A DNA stretch of 64,000 nucleotides. Source: a virus. A program made the position numbers and the translations under genes. Of the stretch, positions 36,801-45,435 are shown one piece after another. Positions within the stretch are counted from its first letter, which is position 1; each line of letters begins with the position of its first letter. The DNA lies in the IMG/VR virus record IMGVR_UViG_3300045996_001242, positions 1 to 64,000 of that record; one strand, written 5' to 3'. The notes beneath the pieces are model-generated. The model saw nothing but the letters and a program-made list of their open reading frames with translations. It ran no database searches and was not told where the DNA came from.

Positions 36801-39800
36801 GATCCCGACGATCGTCGTCGGCTCGGGCGATGGGCAGATGATGCTCAACCTCCTCGCCGATCATCCCGACGTCGCCAAGCGTGTCGAGCACGTCTTCGAT
36901 GGTCTCGACATGCCGGCCGATGCGATCGACGACTATTCGCGCCTGGTGAACGAGGCGGTCTTCAAGACCTGGACCAGCAATGGCAACCCGGTCCGTGCCG
37001 CCTATGAAAGCTTCAAGACGTTCCTCGATCGCAATCCGATCGATGGGCTCTTCGGTGAAGCCAGCAAGCTCAACGAATACCAGCAGCAGGCGATGCAGGA
37101 TCTCGTCCGTGCTATGGGTCTTGACGAAGGCACCGAGGACACGCAGCTGGTGCAGGTCACCATGGACAGCCTGCTCGCCCGCATGAGCCAGCTGGCCGAC
37201 GAGACCGATGCCCGGCGCCTCACGTATGCCGAGTTCCCGTTCTCCGTCGACCAGATGGCGAGCGCGGAATCCCCGTATGTGAACCAGGGTTCCATCACGA
37301 TCGACGAGAACGCTACCTACGAGCAGATCGCCGATGCGATGAACGAGCGGTATCGCTTCCACCTGGCTCAGATCCAGGCGGCCAGCAAGGATGCGCCGGC
37401 GCCCAATTCGATCCAGGAACAGGTGACTGCAGCGGCCGATGAGTTCGGCGTGCAGGTCATGCCGGCAACCGAGCTCGAGGACCTCTACAAGAAGCTCCGC
37501 GAAAAGCTCAACCCGACCCAGAAGGAGATGATGCGCCAGGCCGCCAAGCTCCTGAAGGACTCGGGGTATCGTCTCGGCTTCGGCACGAGCTCGCAGCTCG
37601 ACGCCTGGGAACAGGCGAACAACGCTGATCGCTTCATCCCTGGCTCCAACAGCCACCGCGGCAAGATCGATCCGGTCTCGAAGCTGATCCTCATCTCGAG
37701 CATGGAAGCCGAGACGGTCATCCACGAGCTGGTCCACGCAGCTACGATCGACAAGGTGCGGGCCTACTATGCCGATCCCAAGACGCTCGCTCCCGAAGAG
37801 CGGGATGCCGTCGTTCGCCTCGAGGGGCTGATGGAAGATTGGCTCGACCAGGATCCCGGCAAGGAGACTGCCGAAGGGCAGGATGCTCGCGCTCTGGCCG
37901 AGGCCGAGATCGCCAAGTGGCAGGACAAAGGCCGCAAGGCCGAAGCGCTCAACGAGTTCATGGCCTGGGTGCTCGGCAACCAGGACCTCGCCGAGCGGGC
38001 CCAGAAGATCAAGATCAAGAACCCGGTGCTGCGTGTCGTGAGCGAAGCGCTGGCGGCGCTGAAGTCGCTGCTCTGGGGCGCCAAGAACAAGGGTCCCCGT
38101 GTCGGTGACTCGCTGCTCTCGAACCTGCGCTTCAACACCCGCGTGCTGATGAACGGGCCGACCTCGATCGAGAGGCTCAAGGCGGACAGCGCCGCAGTGG
38201 CGCTCTACCAGTCGAGCTCGTTTGGCGACAATCCGCGGCTCACGGCGCTCCGCCAGAAGATCCACAATCGTGTCATCTCCTGGATCGACAGCGCTACCGA
38301 TCCGCTCGCCAAGAGCCGCCGGCAGGTTGACACCTTCAACCAGGGTCTTCTCGCCGATCAGCTGACCGGTGAGTTCGCCTATCACTTCGAGGATCTCGGG
38401 ACGCTGCAGGCCAAGGGCACGTTCTCGGAGATCCAGCTGATGCTGATGACCGAGGCCGAGCTCAACCCCAGTGCGCTTTCGCGCATGGAGGATCTCTATA
38501 CGCACGTCATCGGGCAGCTGAAGTTCGAGGACTTCCTCGCCGATCGCAATGCATCGCCGCGGGATCCCAACGACGAACGCCAGGCCCAGGACAAGCTCAA
38601 GGTGCTGCAGGGCAAGACGATGACCGTGACTGACAAGTCCGGCCGCTCCTCGCTGCTCTCTTCGTTCCTGGCTCTGGCGATGACCAGCGACCAGTTCCGC
38701 ACCATCCTATCCGGCATCCAGAAGCCGGCGTCGGACAAGAGCGATGCCAAGGGCTTCGATGCCGTGCTCGAGAACGCAGCGACCGCTGCGATCGACCGGC
38801 TCGGGATCCTGATGTCGGGGGAGAAGGGCAAGGACGGCAACGTCCGTGACGCCCTCGACCGGCTGATGTACGCCATGATCGAGAACGTGGGCGACCAGCG
38901 CACTCACATCGAGCGCAAGATCGAGCACGGCTTCGAGAAGATCGAGACGCTTGTCGCCGATCAGATCCAGGAGAAGAGCGCTCTCGTCGCCGAGAAGGCG
39001 AAGGACATTCGCGCCAATTCCAGGAGCCGCGTCGTCAAGGCCGGCGCTACCCTGGTTGGGTTCGTGGCCGACATGGTCAACGAGGAGAATGCCGCCGAAG
39101 CGCAGATGGGCATGGTCCACTGGCTCAACAAGCACAAGGGCTTTGAGAGCGTCCGGGCCCTGGTCAACGACGTCGTCGGCCGCACTCGCGAGAATGCGCC
39201 GGTCTTCGACATGATCTCCAAGGTCCGCGCCACCGTGCAGCAGGTCCGCCAGCAGTTCCGCGACGAGCTGCCGGTGAAGCTCAATCGCATGTTCGAGAAG
39301 CCTGTCTCGGAGGCGAAGTGGACGGCGATGTTCAAGACGCTGGGTCGGACCGACCTCGCTGCTCTGACCGGCGCCTATGGCGTCGACGGTGCGCTCGAGA
39401 TGGTTTCCAACCAGCAGCGCCGGGAGACCGAGATCCGCACCCTCGAGGGCAAGTTCGATCCGCGCTTCCACGAGAAGGCCAAGCAGCTCGCCCACTTCAT
39501 GGTGAGCGGTGAGCATGGCACGAAGCTCTTGCGCAATGCCTATGCGATCGCTGCCTTGACGATCCCCGGGATCAAGAACCTGAACCCCACTCAGGAGATG
39601 GTCGACGAGCTCGACCGCCTGGTGACGCTCTACGCTATCGAGGAGACCGACCAGGCCAGCAAGGATGCCGTCATCGAGCTGATGCGGGACGAGGAAGCCG
39701 GCGTCGAGTTCGTCACCAGCTACCTGATGGGCCAGCGAGTCGATGAGCTCGCCAAGGTCGCAATGACGCCGGTGGCGAAGATCAACCACTACAAGGGCCA

Positions 39801-41556
39801 TCTCCCCTCCGAGGCGCAGAAGGGCGGCTCGCTGATCATCGCTTCGGACACCGAGAACGCGACGCTCATCAGCCGCGGCTACACCCGGGTCATGGATTAC
39901 GGCGGCTCCTCGGCCGATCGTCTCCTGGGCCGGCGTGGCTACTATTTCGCGCCTGTCTCGGGCCGCGCTCCCTTCACGCAGGGTGTGCTGCAGACCGTCC
40001 ATCAGACGGCCTCGGGTGTGGATCCGGAAACCGGATTTACGGTTGGCGAAGTCATGGCCGGGCGGATCGAGGATCCTCGTGAGATCCAGGTCATCGAGCG
40101 CTTGCTCCGCAACCAGAGCCAGACGAGCGAGAACCTCCTTCCCGTCTTCGACGACAAGGGCAGGATCGTCGCCTTCGAACGTGCGGCCGATCCCAGCCAG
40201 CTGCAGAAGCTCAACCGCTCGACGGACCTTGCGGCAATGATCGGCGTGTGGCGTGGTCGCCAGGCCGAGGAGCTGCTCGCCCAGGAGGTGAACAAGCAGC
40301 TGGTCGACAATCTCTACGAGATCTGGAAGCAGGGGGAGAGGGAAGGTCGCAAGGGTGAGTTCGTGAACATCGCGAAGCTCGATCCGCGCACCGACGATCG
40401 CGTGCTCATCGAGGCGGTCAACCTCATCCCGAACCAGGCAGCGTCCTACATCAAGTCGGTCTTCGGGCCTGATCGTTTCATGGTTCGCCGTGACATGCTG
40501 CTCGACACCTTCGGCGCCCGCCAGGCGTCGGTCGGGGATCTCTTCTCGGGGCATACCCGCTGGAGCCCCAAGATCGCCAGCGAGTTCGAGAAGTACGCTG
40601 CCGGCATCATGGGCAAGAAGGCCTACCCGATCCTCGTCGGCGGCGAGAAGAACATCCAGGAGCTGGTCTCGAACGTGAAGACCATGATCGTGGTGAAGTC
40701 GGTCATCGTGCCGGCGGCCAACATGGTCTCCAACATGTTCCAGCTTCTGGCTCGAGGTGTGCCGGTGCGTTCCATCATCCACGGCGTCGGCGCCAAGACG
40801 GCTGAGATCAGCACCTACGTGAAGCGTCGCCAGCAGGAGATCGACCTCGAGGCGGATCTGCGTGCCGCTCGCGGCAAGGGTGACTTCATCGCCGAGCGTA
40901 CGATCGAGGCGAAGATCCAGTCGATCCAGGACAGCTACAAGCGCATGGCCATCTGGCCGCTCATCGAAGCCGGTGAGTTCTCGGCGATCTCCAATGGCCA
41001 GGTGACGGCCGAGGACCTGTCGCTCGCCAACGGCACCTGGACGGACTGGGTCGAGCGCAAGGTGAACCAGCTCAGGGAGCCGCTACGAACGCCGGCGCGG
41101 TATGCGCTCATCACTCGCGACACCACTCTGTTCCAGGGCCTCGCTCGTGCGGTCCAGTACGGTGACTTCGTCGCCAAGGCGGTACTCTACGATGACCTGA
41201 CCAAGCGCAAGAAGATGACTCAGAAGGACGCCATAGCCACGGTGAATGAGGCCTTCGTGAACTACAACCGGCTCGCCGGCCGCGGCCGTCAGTATCTCGA
41301 GAGCGTCGGCCTGCTCTGGTTCTACAACTACAAGCTTCGCATCCTCAAAGAGGCGGCCTATCAGCTGCGTCACAATCCGCTCCGTTCCCTGATGGCGGTC
41401 GCTGTCCCGGGCCTGCCGCTGATCGGCGACATCGGCACTCCGGTGACCGACAACATCCTGGCGTTGTTCAATGATGGGAAGCTCGGCTACTCGATCGGCC
41501 CCGGTATGGGCCTCGGCAGCTGGCAGCTCAACCCCTGGCTCAACCTCGCCAGGTAA
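30805..41556 (+). CDS. Virion-encapsidated RNA polymerase (N4 gp50-like, 3583 aa)
   Basis: Size; GRLQM, motif A EADGKTNG, motif B RGITKNPLTITIYGSG, motif C VFDG; no Cys noticed; C-terminal NPW. Confidence 0.97.
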   Translation: MADFNILDPSTWLPSQAPAAPTPANAVINGVEDPGLPLPGSVAAPAPAPAAPVQPQMSEADKLRADMLQINAALGDPDAMAALALSEQRGNGLTANNQLLNDFEGLTPVQFQQKYGVGTYRRLVTSRMRSREVVADANPDRDLTTTLSDIGIDALEGVNQTAYGVAAAAVQAGLGPGRPKDWLLEQISGLSADQTARTRRLESEELAEHRRYDSIRTALDDLDAKVASGADHADDSNFIDNLASYGRDYLRGAVDAGGRLIEDPTMAGALAAEGVGSLAVGGPLAKTLSTTARAAGLAGRGAAELSEEALTRAMFPGGIAAMEAGGAAMQAEQEVLAMTEGQLLESPNYRELLQNGYTPEEARARLATIAGSIASVPAALTGALTGKLVEGIELRPLRAAGPAGLAVNAGKETVEESIQSTVGQLASNTGVALSGADPDKDLGEGLGRATVEGAVAGAGTTLLTQGPGVALSTAAKSIGATITFPAKVIRGLGERNLAERAAASPVSAESMAPAVQTAAEQAPAVAETLRTVATEQGASGAEVDSYIESVQQASQIQQADAAMMPAILKAKLKEARDVLGRLPNRFEALHVAAVLAGDKSADQDDRTAAATFILKNIEANRKLFGELPTFLENIPSDRPEFKAFSDYAATLVAIDQEPAVRDAVKWAQEEMQQADRDLSAVDLKTPEGQTIVAQAVQMAAVAPQAVSPNVADQILHQAEKGTATLTPEQRRILAGASAMKKASATAAQELDEDPVQLVGRQIETEGGTKAHQMALVQHVAGINEAVEAGDTKTAQARINSLGMFARSMRNKVQAFNTAIQNGDRKRVPYQSLGRDGWLPKDEYFSVFFNPGSEASERLARRVHAEAAMIATVANEYARQFPELGIQEVAIPALRPMPAKAESAVEKNDKRGGATSEAAAPSQATTSRTEAAPKQSEPPLQPPAPTREPETAAPAVEPVASEDSTNQRQDDEQPAEPQVEVVAEPETQPAETVSQVSEPVATKPEETADATPAAIDEFVDPPPFVEPTIEQLFPNLVQPKGRNFFLKAFRLPQVRASRILGMTAPLREFIGALSDGGRLVEWLGADRNANLKYRVDPEDRANLGQLMKIGVEVRTLMRDRLFKVLTSQEEKGKPTYVEMLASGREINQWRRFRALNIFEKTEKGYLYNQSLVEGAILAGFDWLLNAADRSVPMTRQDVAQLLGIDEDTVTDDQVKALNNGLSLDMAVRSLADNIRKFWGVEANKDMPEDYVRGIPQAVALEVLHAFAEIEVNIGEESSPLLELGIKFSDDNDKRLAFPDVTHKKFNRVYFDKRSDGLKEYLQSLNGVSNLIADMALIGREVEGFAFEPITEVDQAQLRNHLVPTTAQQKQALANTQAAPHYPNLPMFDFITAMGEEAFVTLMSKRPYKKGDLKKTHRDMGLNKNHWSSLQGLQRQLASSFEHVAKQMAQLQKHGADAAVYYKHHVNKLGRLQMAGLSNPQSDKLAREIFMPTRTRLDLSKPGNGDFLKFLMTIGQGIGLKTEKEPRRAILKKVVESTMTDDGALRPLVLALKTWLEARAAGQDTTIPAATTELLTAAGLSMHGIHSLITVARYELDRDAGRDLTQFETMTYLEADGKTNGPINSLMLYGNDEITPTWLKTVAKGGAFFGKLGKTLNSHTEDGEAFKDLYEEGALGTNDRVADLGRAIQANGNTAAGDLFKSFQRVLAALDANVEVDPTTKEITIKRGITKNPLTITIYGSGAKGIAGKITDELLAAMYEALSASTEKDSPRAGELIYEGVEGADFTSDLQALLSGVLRKNKKGEYFVGRDNDPDLKIRGNALDFTLSRKQRENLRANIQAMLVKPMREAINETVTTHVSAVTDSMQQATQIQSVFLRAMFIDKLTHRLAMKQASPEKFGYIKGEFLSQAELDDIIKSLMPFSPVMSTGTQSYFLSGGETSNLLSREEEQADGTTKTIHVKIEIAGQEFEVPMPETFARSLTDDMSTPAFTYGPTQAGVKAIPTIVVGSGDGQMMLNLLADHPDVAKRVEHVFDGLDMPADAIDDYSRLVNEAVFKTWTSNGNPVRAAYESFKTFLDRNPIDGLFGEASKLNEYQQQAMQDLVRAMGLDEGTEDTQLVQVTMDSLLARMSQLADETDARRLTYAEFPFSVDQMASAESPYVNQGSITIDENATYEQIADAMNERYRFHLAQIQAASKDAPAPNSIQEQVTAAADEFGVQVMPATELEDLYKKLREKLNPTQKEMMRQAAKLLKDSGYRLGFGTSSQLDAWEQANNADRFIPGSNSHRGKIDPVSKLILISSMEAETVIHELVHAATIDKVRAYYADPKTLAPEERDAVVRLEGLMEDWLDQDPGKETAEGQDARALAEAEIAKWQDKGRKAEALNEFMAWVLGNQDLAERAQKIKIKNPVLRVVSEALAALKSLLWGAKNKGPRVGDSLLSNLRFNTRVLMNGPTSIERLKADSAAVALYQSSSFGDNPRLTALRQKIHNRVISWIDSATDPLAKSRRQVDTFNQGLLADQLTGEFAYHFEDLGTLQAKGTFSEIQLMLMTEAELNPSALSRMEDLYTHVIGQLKFEDFLADRNASPRDPNDERQAQDKLKVLQGKTMTVTDKSGRSSLLSSFLALAMTSDQFRTILSGIQKPASDKSDAKGFDAVLENAATAAIDRLGILMSGEKGKDGNVRDALDRLMYAMIENVGDQRTHIERKIEHGFEKIETLVADQIQEKSALVAEKAKDIRANSRSRVVKAGATLVGFVADMVNEENAAEAQMGMVHWLNKHKGFESVRALVNDVVGRTRENAPVFDMISKVRATVQQVRQQFRDELPVKLNRMFEKPVSEAKWTAMFKTLGRTDLAALTGAYGVDGALEMVSNQQRRETEIRTLEGKFDPRFHEKAKQLAHFMVSGEHGTKLLRNAYAIAALTIPGIKNLNPTQEMVDELDRLVTLYAIEETDQASKDAVIELMRDEEAGVEFVTSYLMGQRVDELAKVAMTPVAKINHYKGHLPSEAQKGGSLIIASDTENATLISRGYTRVMDYGGSSADRLLGRRGYYFAPVSGRAPFTQGVLQTVHQTASGVDPETGFTVGEVMAGRIEDPREIQVIERLLRNQSQTSENLLPVFDDKGRIVAFERAADPSQLQKLNRSTDLAAMIGVWRGRQAEELLAQEVNKQLVDNLYEIWKQGEREGRKGEFVNIAKLDPRTDDRVLIEAVNLIPNQAASYIKSVFGPDRFMVRRDMLLDTFGARQASVGDLFSGHTRWSPKIASEFEKYAAGIMGKKAYPILVGGEKNIQELVSNVKTMIVVKSVIVPAANMVSNMFQLLARGVPVRSIIHGVGAKTAEISTYVKRRQQEIDLEADLRAARGKGDFIAERTIEAKIQSIQDSYKRMAIWPLIEAGEFSAISNGQVTAEDLSLANGTWTDWVERKVNQLREPLRTPARYALITRDTTLFQGLARAVQYGDFVAKAVLYDDLTKRKKMTQKDAIATVNEAFVNYNRLAGRGRQYLESVGLLWFYNYKLRILKEAAYQLRHNPLRSLMAVAVPGLPLIGDIGTPVTDNILALFNDGKLGYSIGPGMGLGSWQLNPWLNLAR

Positions 41557-41600
41557 GAGAAAGGCCAGGGAGGTCTCTCGCGAGATCGGTCTCCCTGGCC
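41555..41600 (-). terminator. Terminator at the convergence of late and middle transcription
   Basis: 10-bp stem GGCCAGGGAG/CTCCCTGGCC with an inner hairpin (GCGA loop on minus), followed by TTTCTCTT on minus. Confidence 0.65.
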
Positions 41601-41604
41601 CCTC

Positions 41605-41925
41605 CAGGCCGGTTGCAACATCCGACATCGCCCACCGTGGATGCGGGAGCTACCCAGACCACGGGTCGGTTAAGGGACGGCCTGAACTGAAGAGCCCCCG
41701 ACGCGAGCTGAGGGGGGCAGCGCGTCGGGGGCGGACGTCAGGATCGAAGGTCGCACTGGGGGGGCAAAGCAGGGCGTTGGAGGACCTACCTAGCTGCCCG
41801 CCATCGATCCTGGCGCGGGAGGAGCTGCAGCGAAGCTTCATGGTCGTCCGCCCATGAGCCAGGTGAGAGTGCATCGCCGCAACGGGAGCCGTAACTGTGA
41901 TCCCGACTCATCGGTTCCGAACAAT
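41605..41925. ncRNA. Candidate large structured ncRNA (~320 nt)
   Basis: Consecutive stems 41605-11/41678-84 (nested CCGAC/GTCGG and CCGTGG/CCACGG), 41694-705/41721-32 (12 bp perfect), 41736-47/41804-15, and GAGCC-A-GGTGAG/CTCATC-GGTTC; no credible ORF. Confidence 0.55.
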
Positions 41926-41930
41926 TTTAG

Positions 41931-42050
41931 CTACTCGGGATCCTGCTGAGCTCGTTGCTCGATATCCTTGACCACCCACATGGCCCACATGCCGATCAGG
42001 AAACCCAGCGCGAGGCCGACAATCACGCCTCCGATGAACCATTCGATCAT
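41931..42050 (-). CDS. Small membrane peptide (39 aa), not in the ORF track
   Basis: MIEWFIGGVIVGLALGFLIGMWAMWVVKDIEQRAQQDPE; GAGGGGG RBS. Confidence 0.65.
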   Translation of the reverse strand: MIEWFIGGVIVGLALGFLIGMWAMWVVKDIEQRAQQDPE

Positions 42051-42074
42051 ATATTCGTGCCCCCTCGAACCCGG

Positions 42075-42437
42075 CTAAGCGACGTCACCAGTTAGCAAAA
42101 ACGACCTGAAGGCCGCAGTAAACTGTCCGTTATCCTCGAAGACCTCTATTTCGAGATCCTCGTCCGGGTAGGCCCAGAGCGGGTACGGCCGGCGGGCATT
42201 GAGCGGGCGCATCAGACGCACGAACTTGCCGCGGACCTTGAGCTGGACGTGGCCCATGGAGAGCGAGCCATCGGCTGGATCCTGGCGGATCCACCAACCT
42301 TGCTCGCTGCCGTCGCTGAGATCCTGGAGGCACTCCTCCATGTGCAGCTTCTCGAGGTTGAGGTAGAGCTGGCCCATGCACTTGAGGAGATTCCCCTCGT
42401 TGAAGAGGTCCCGGGGGATGACGCGGTTGTAGGTCAT
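42075..42437 (-). CDS. Hypothetical phage protein (120 aa)
   Basis: YNRVIPRDLFNEGNLLKC...RPLNARRPYPL; coupled to the upstream gene. Confidence 0.75.
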   Translation of the reverse strand: MTYNRVIPRDLFNEGNLLKCMGQLYLNLEKLHMEECLQDLSDGSEQGWWIRQDPADGSLSMGHVQLKVRGKFVRLMRPLNARRPYPLWAYPDEDLEIEVFEDNGQFTAAFRSFLLTGDVA

Positions 42438-42820
42438 GTCAGTGGATCCAGTATCACGTCCCTGCGTGCGTCCTCAATTTGGACCGCCCGCAGAGCCTTG
42501 ATGATGCGAATGTAGTAGCCCCTCGTGCCGACGACTCCGAATTCGCGGCCGATGGCGCCCTTCAGCACCTCTATCTCGGCAGCTGACGGCTCATAATCCG
42601 AGGTCAGCCGGCCGGTGTCATCGCGCTCGAGGTGGTTGAGGATCGTCGCAATGGTGCGGGCCTGGTAGTCGGCTTCGATCTCGGCCTTCTTGTCGGCGAT
42701 CTGCTCGTCGGACATGTTGGTCGGACAGAAGGCAGCGAACTCCCCGCCGAGTCCGAAGCCTCGGGTCTTGGCACGGCCGAAGACCTCGCCGTTGACCCAG
42801 AAGAGGGGTTTAAGCTTCAT
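42434..42820 (-). CDS. Hypothetical protein (128 aa)
   Basis: ATG right after the dUTPase stop; its stop overlaps the next start. Confidence 0.65.
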   Translation of the reverse strand: MKLKPLFWVNGEVFGRAKTRGFGLGGEFAAFCPTNMSDEQIADKKAEIEADYQARTIATILNHLERDDTGRLTSDYEPSAAEIEVLKGAIGREFGVVGTRGYYIRIIKALRAVQIEDARRDVILDPLT

Positions 42821-42821
42821 C

Positions 42822-43280
42822 TCACTTCCCCGTGGATCCAAGGCCGCCGGCATCACGCTGGGTGTCGCCGAGCTCGGGTACGTCGACGAAGACCGCCCGG
42901 AAAATCGGGACGATGACCAGCTGGGCGATGCGGTGACCAAAGTCGACGGTGAAATCCTGCGAGCTATGGTTGATCAGGATCACCTTGATCTCGCCGCGGT
43001 AATCGCTGTCGATGGTCCCGGGGGTGTTATTGATGCTGATGCCATGTTTGGCCGCCAGCCCGGAGCGGGGGCGGACCTGTGCCTCGAAGCCGAGGGGCAG
43101 CTCAATGGCGATGCCAGTGCCCACTACCCGCTGTCCGCCGGCTGGGATGACTGTACGCTCACTTGCGAAGAGATCGGCGCCAGCGGCCTCGGCTGAGGCG
43201 TAGAAGGGTACGTGAGCGTCCGAGTTCAGCCTCTTGAAGCGAACGTTGACGGTCGCGAGACCGTCGAGGGGGTTCCACAT
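42822..43280 (-). CDS. dut: Trimeric dUTPase
   Basis: AAGADL, RPRSGLA, GTIDSDYRGEI, RIAQ and RDAGGLGSTG motifs. Confidence 0.95.
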   Translation of the reverse strand: MWNPLDGLATVNVRFKRLNSDAHVPFYASAEAAGADLFASERTVIPAGGQRVVGTGIAIELPLGFEAQVRPRSGLAAKHGISINNTPGTIDSDYRGEIKVILINHSSQDFTVDFGHRIAQLVIVPIFRAVFVDVPELGDTQRDAGGLGSTGK

Positions 43281-43316
43281 TGTAACGATCCTGAAACGAT
43301 GTTGTAACGCTGGGGC

Positions 43317-43499
43317 CTAGCGTGGAGGCCCCAGCTCTCTGCTCTGTTCGTCCTGATTTTCCCTCAAAACCGCGTAGACGATTCCGGAGATAATCGAGGT
43401 GATTATCAGGAAAATCATTATCGGGATTAGGGCGAAGAAGGCGAACAGTCCGGCGGTGATGAGGCCCCCAATAACGAGGGCCCTGAGAAGGAGGTTCAC
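43317..43499 (-). CDS. Small membrane protein
   Basis: Long hydrophobic stretch; AT-rich coding sequence carrying GATAAT motifs. Confidence 0.55.
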   Translation of the reverse strand: MNLLLRALVIGGLITAGLFAFFALIPIMIFLIITSIISGIVYAVLRENQDEQSRELGPPR

Positions 43500-43509
43500 C
43501 TGGGCCGGC

Positions 43510-44037
43510 TTAGTTCGGCTTGCCGAGGTTGGCGAACAGTGACTTCGCCTTCACGGTCGGATCGACTTCCGCGGCCGGCGGGGGCGGCGGTGCCGAGGTC
43601 GAGACGTCAGGGAAGATCTTCGTCGTGGCCGTGACAGGCTTGGCCTTCGCTGGCTCCTGGACCGGCGCCGTCTCAGGCTTCGGCGGATCCACGTCGAACG
43701 GGGGTTCGTCCTTTACCTCTGGCTCAGGAGCTGCCTCGATCGTCGCGGCCGGCAGGGGTGCCGGAGCCGGAATGGGCTTGGTCGACCGGGGCTTGGAAGC
43801 CGGCTTGGTTGTGGGAGCGGGCTTCTCGGCCGGCAGATCCCCAGCCGTGCTGGTGATGTCGATGAAGCCGGCAAGGTCGCCCTTGTCGTCGTCGGCGAAT
43901 TCGACGTCGATCTTGGCATCCGGTGCGGCTGCCAGCTCGACCTTGGCTTTGATAAAGGCGAGGACAGCTTCCTTGAGCTCATCCTGGTTCAGGATGACCT
44001 GGGTGACCGTCACGACGCGGGCGGTGGAAATTTGCAT
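43510..44037 (-). CDS. Conserved N4-like protein with Pro-rich tail
   Basis: VILNQDELKEAV..FI N-terminus and KSLFANL C-terminus. Confidence 0.7.
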   Translation of the reverse strand: MQISTARVVTVTQVILNQDELKEAVLAFIKAKVELAAAPDAKIDVEFADDDKGDLAGFIDITSTAGDLPAEKPAPTTKPASKPRSTKPIPAPAPLPAATIEAAPEPEVKDEPPFDVDPPKPETAPVQEPAKAKPVTATTKIFPDVSTSAPPPPPAAEVDPTVKAKSLFANLGKPN

Positions 44038-44042
44038 TGGGT

Positions 44043-44600
44043 TCAGACCTCTTTGAAGAGTCGCATCAGCTGTTGGAACATGGGCGTTCGCACGCCCGAA
44101 TGGATGGCGGCAATGGCATCGGCCAGATGCTCGGCTTTATCAGGGATTTTCCCGGCGTGCCACGGCCAATTCGCGTCAGGGTAAAGCTCATAACCCCTGT
44201 CGATCATTTGCCGCTTGGTGGCGTTTTTGTCGCCGGCGAGGAGAAGCTTGCTCTCCGAGGCAGTGACCTCGATGATGGATATGCCGAGAGCACGAACCGC
44301 CCCCAGGATGCCCACACAGATGCCGTAGCTGGCCATCGCCCTGGCCGACTGGGAGCCGACCGGGACTTCGACGAAGATCGCCTTGGCCTTTCGTGCTGCG
44401 GCGATGACGGGCCCTGCCAGCTGTTCGGCCCGGTGGAGGTCGTTGGAATTGACGCGCACCTGCTTGCCCGCCAGGTCCATGGGTTGAACCAGGGACAGGG
44501 TCGGGCTCGCAAGTACGCCGGTCTCGAGACAGAGGGACGCCTCGGCAAGGCCCCAGTTTTTGAGACTTGGATCCATGCCGAGGACGTTGATCAGCATCAT
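44043..44600 (-). CDS. RuvC-like Holliday junction resolvase
   Basis: LGMDPSLKNWG, FVEVPVGSQSA, NATKRQMI and EHLADAI. Confidence 0.85.
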   Translation of the reverse strand: MMLINVLGMDPSLKNWGLAEASLCLETGVLASPTLSLVQPMDLAGKQVRVNSNDLHRAEQLAGPVIAAARKAKAIFVEVPVGSQSARAMASYGICVGILGAVRALGISIIEVTASESKLLLAGDKNATKRQMIDRGYELYPDANWPWHAGKIPDKAEHLADAIAAIHSGVRTPMFQQLMRLFKEV

Positions 44601-44617
44601 CGAGCCCCCAAGGCTGA

Positions 44618-45391
44618 TCAGTTAGCGCCGCCGAACAGCGACGTCGTGGGCTTGGCGGCCCCGTTCGCTTTCGGAGGACCGCCGGCACCGTTCGGACGGC
44701 CGCTACGGCCACCCTGGGCGCTGGCACCGTCCTTGATCGAACGGCGGTCCAGCGTGTTGCCGGTGTTGCGCTCGACCCAGGCGCCATAGAAGGTCGCCGT
44801 CTGGATGCCCTTGCGGGCCTCGACGACGGTCAGCTTTGAGGGCGAGTGGAAGATCTTGTCGATCGCGTTCTCCTCGCGGCTGTCGGCGGTGTCCTCGTAC
44901 TCACCAGACGTGGCGTTCCGCACCTGCTTGTTGCGGAGCACCTTCTGGATGCCGAGGATGACCTCCTTGCCGAGCAGCTCGACGAGCATGGGGACGGCGG
45001 TCGGGACTTCCTTCTTCTGGTCGAAGTCGTAGATGTTGACCATCTTCTCCTCGGCCGGCTGCTCGGAGAGCGGCTTGTTGGTGGTCACGAGGCAGAGGTC
45101 CTCGATGACCGTGAAGCCGGGCAGTGGGAACTTCTTTTTGCTGTCGTCGCCCTTGCCCATGTAGAAGTTGAGGTCGTCCTTGTTGGTGACCCAGAAGGTC
45201 TCCCGGTATTCGCCGTCGCCGAGATCGACCACGATCGTGACGCTGCGTGCCTTGGAGTTGGCGGACTTGCCGGCGTAGGCCAGCTTGATCGTCCCGAGGT
45301 AGGCGCCGGACTCACGGACCCGGAAGCCGCCGATGCGGTCCTGGGATTCCTCGAGGCCGTCGTTGTTGAGATTGCCGAAAACGTTGGTCAT
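44618..45391 (-). CDS. ssDNA-binding protein (N4 gp45-like)
   Basis: YRETFWVT, LPGF and SREENAIDKIF; C-terminal KPTTSLF like N4SSB. Confidence 0.85.
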   Translation of the reverse strand: MTNVFGNLNNDGLEESQDRIGGFRVRESGAYLGTIKLAYAGKSANSKARSVTIVVDLGDGEYRETFWVTNKDDLNFYMGKGDDSKKKFPLPGFTVIEDLCLVTTNKPLSEQPAEEKMVNIYDFDQKKEVPTAVPMLVELLGKEVILGIQKVLRNKQVRNATSGEYEDTADSREENAIDKIFHSPSKLTVVEARKGIQTATFYGAWVERNTGNTLDRRSIKDGASAQGGRSGRPNGAGGPPKANGAAKPTTSLFGGAN

Positions 45392-45435
45392 CAGATGCAT
45401 TCTTTCCTTGGTTCTGATGGTGGATCCTGGATCGA

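Noticed and set aside
6587-40782. Long antisense ORFs (e.g. 6587-8407, 33682-35775, 36082-38505, 38707-40782)
   Set aside because: Shadow ORFs caused by high GC3 codon bias opposite well-supported genes; no recognisable motifs.
41726-41793. tmRNA-like 5' end (GGGGGCGGACGTCAGGATCGA) suggesting a permuted alphaproteobacterial tmRNA
   Set aside because: No T-arm or CCA acceptor piece upstream, and the nearby short frame (AKQGVGGPT) is not an ssrA-like tag.
41856-41917. GAGCC...GGTTC stem resembling group II intron domain V
   Set aside because: Too long, no GNRA cap or 2-nt bulge, no domain VI, no RT ORF and no interrupted gene.
41557-42080. RNase P RNA or cobalamin riboswitch resemblance (GAACCCGGCTAA; GCCGTAACTGTGA)
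   Set aside because: GAGGAAAGTCC and the B12-box elements are absent, and the span includes a credible small ORF.
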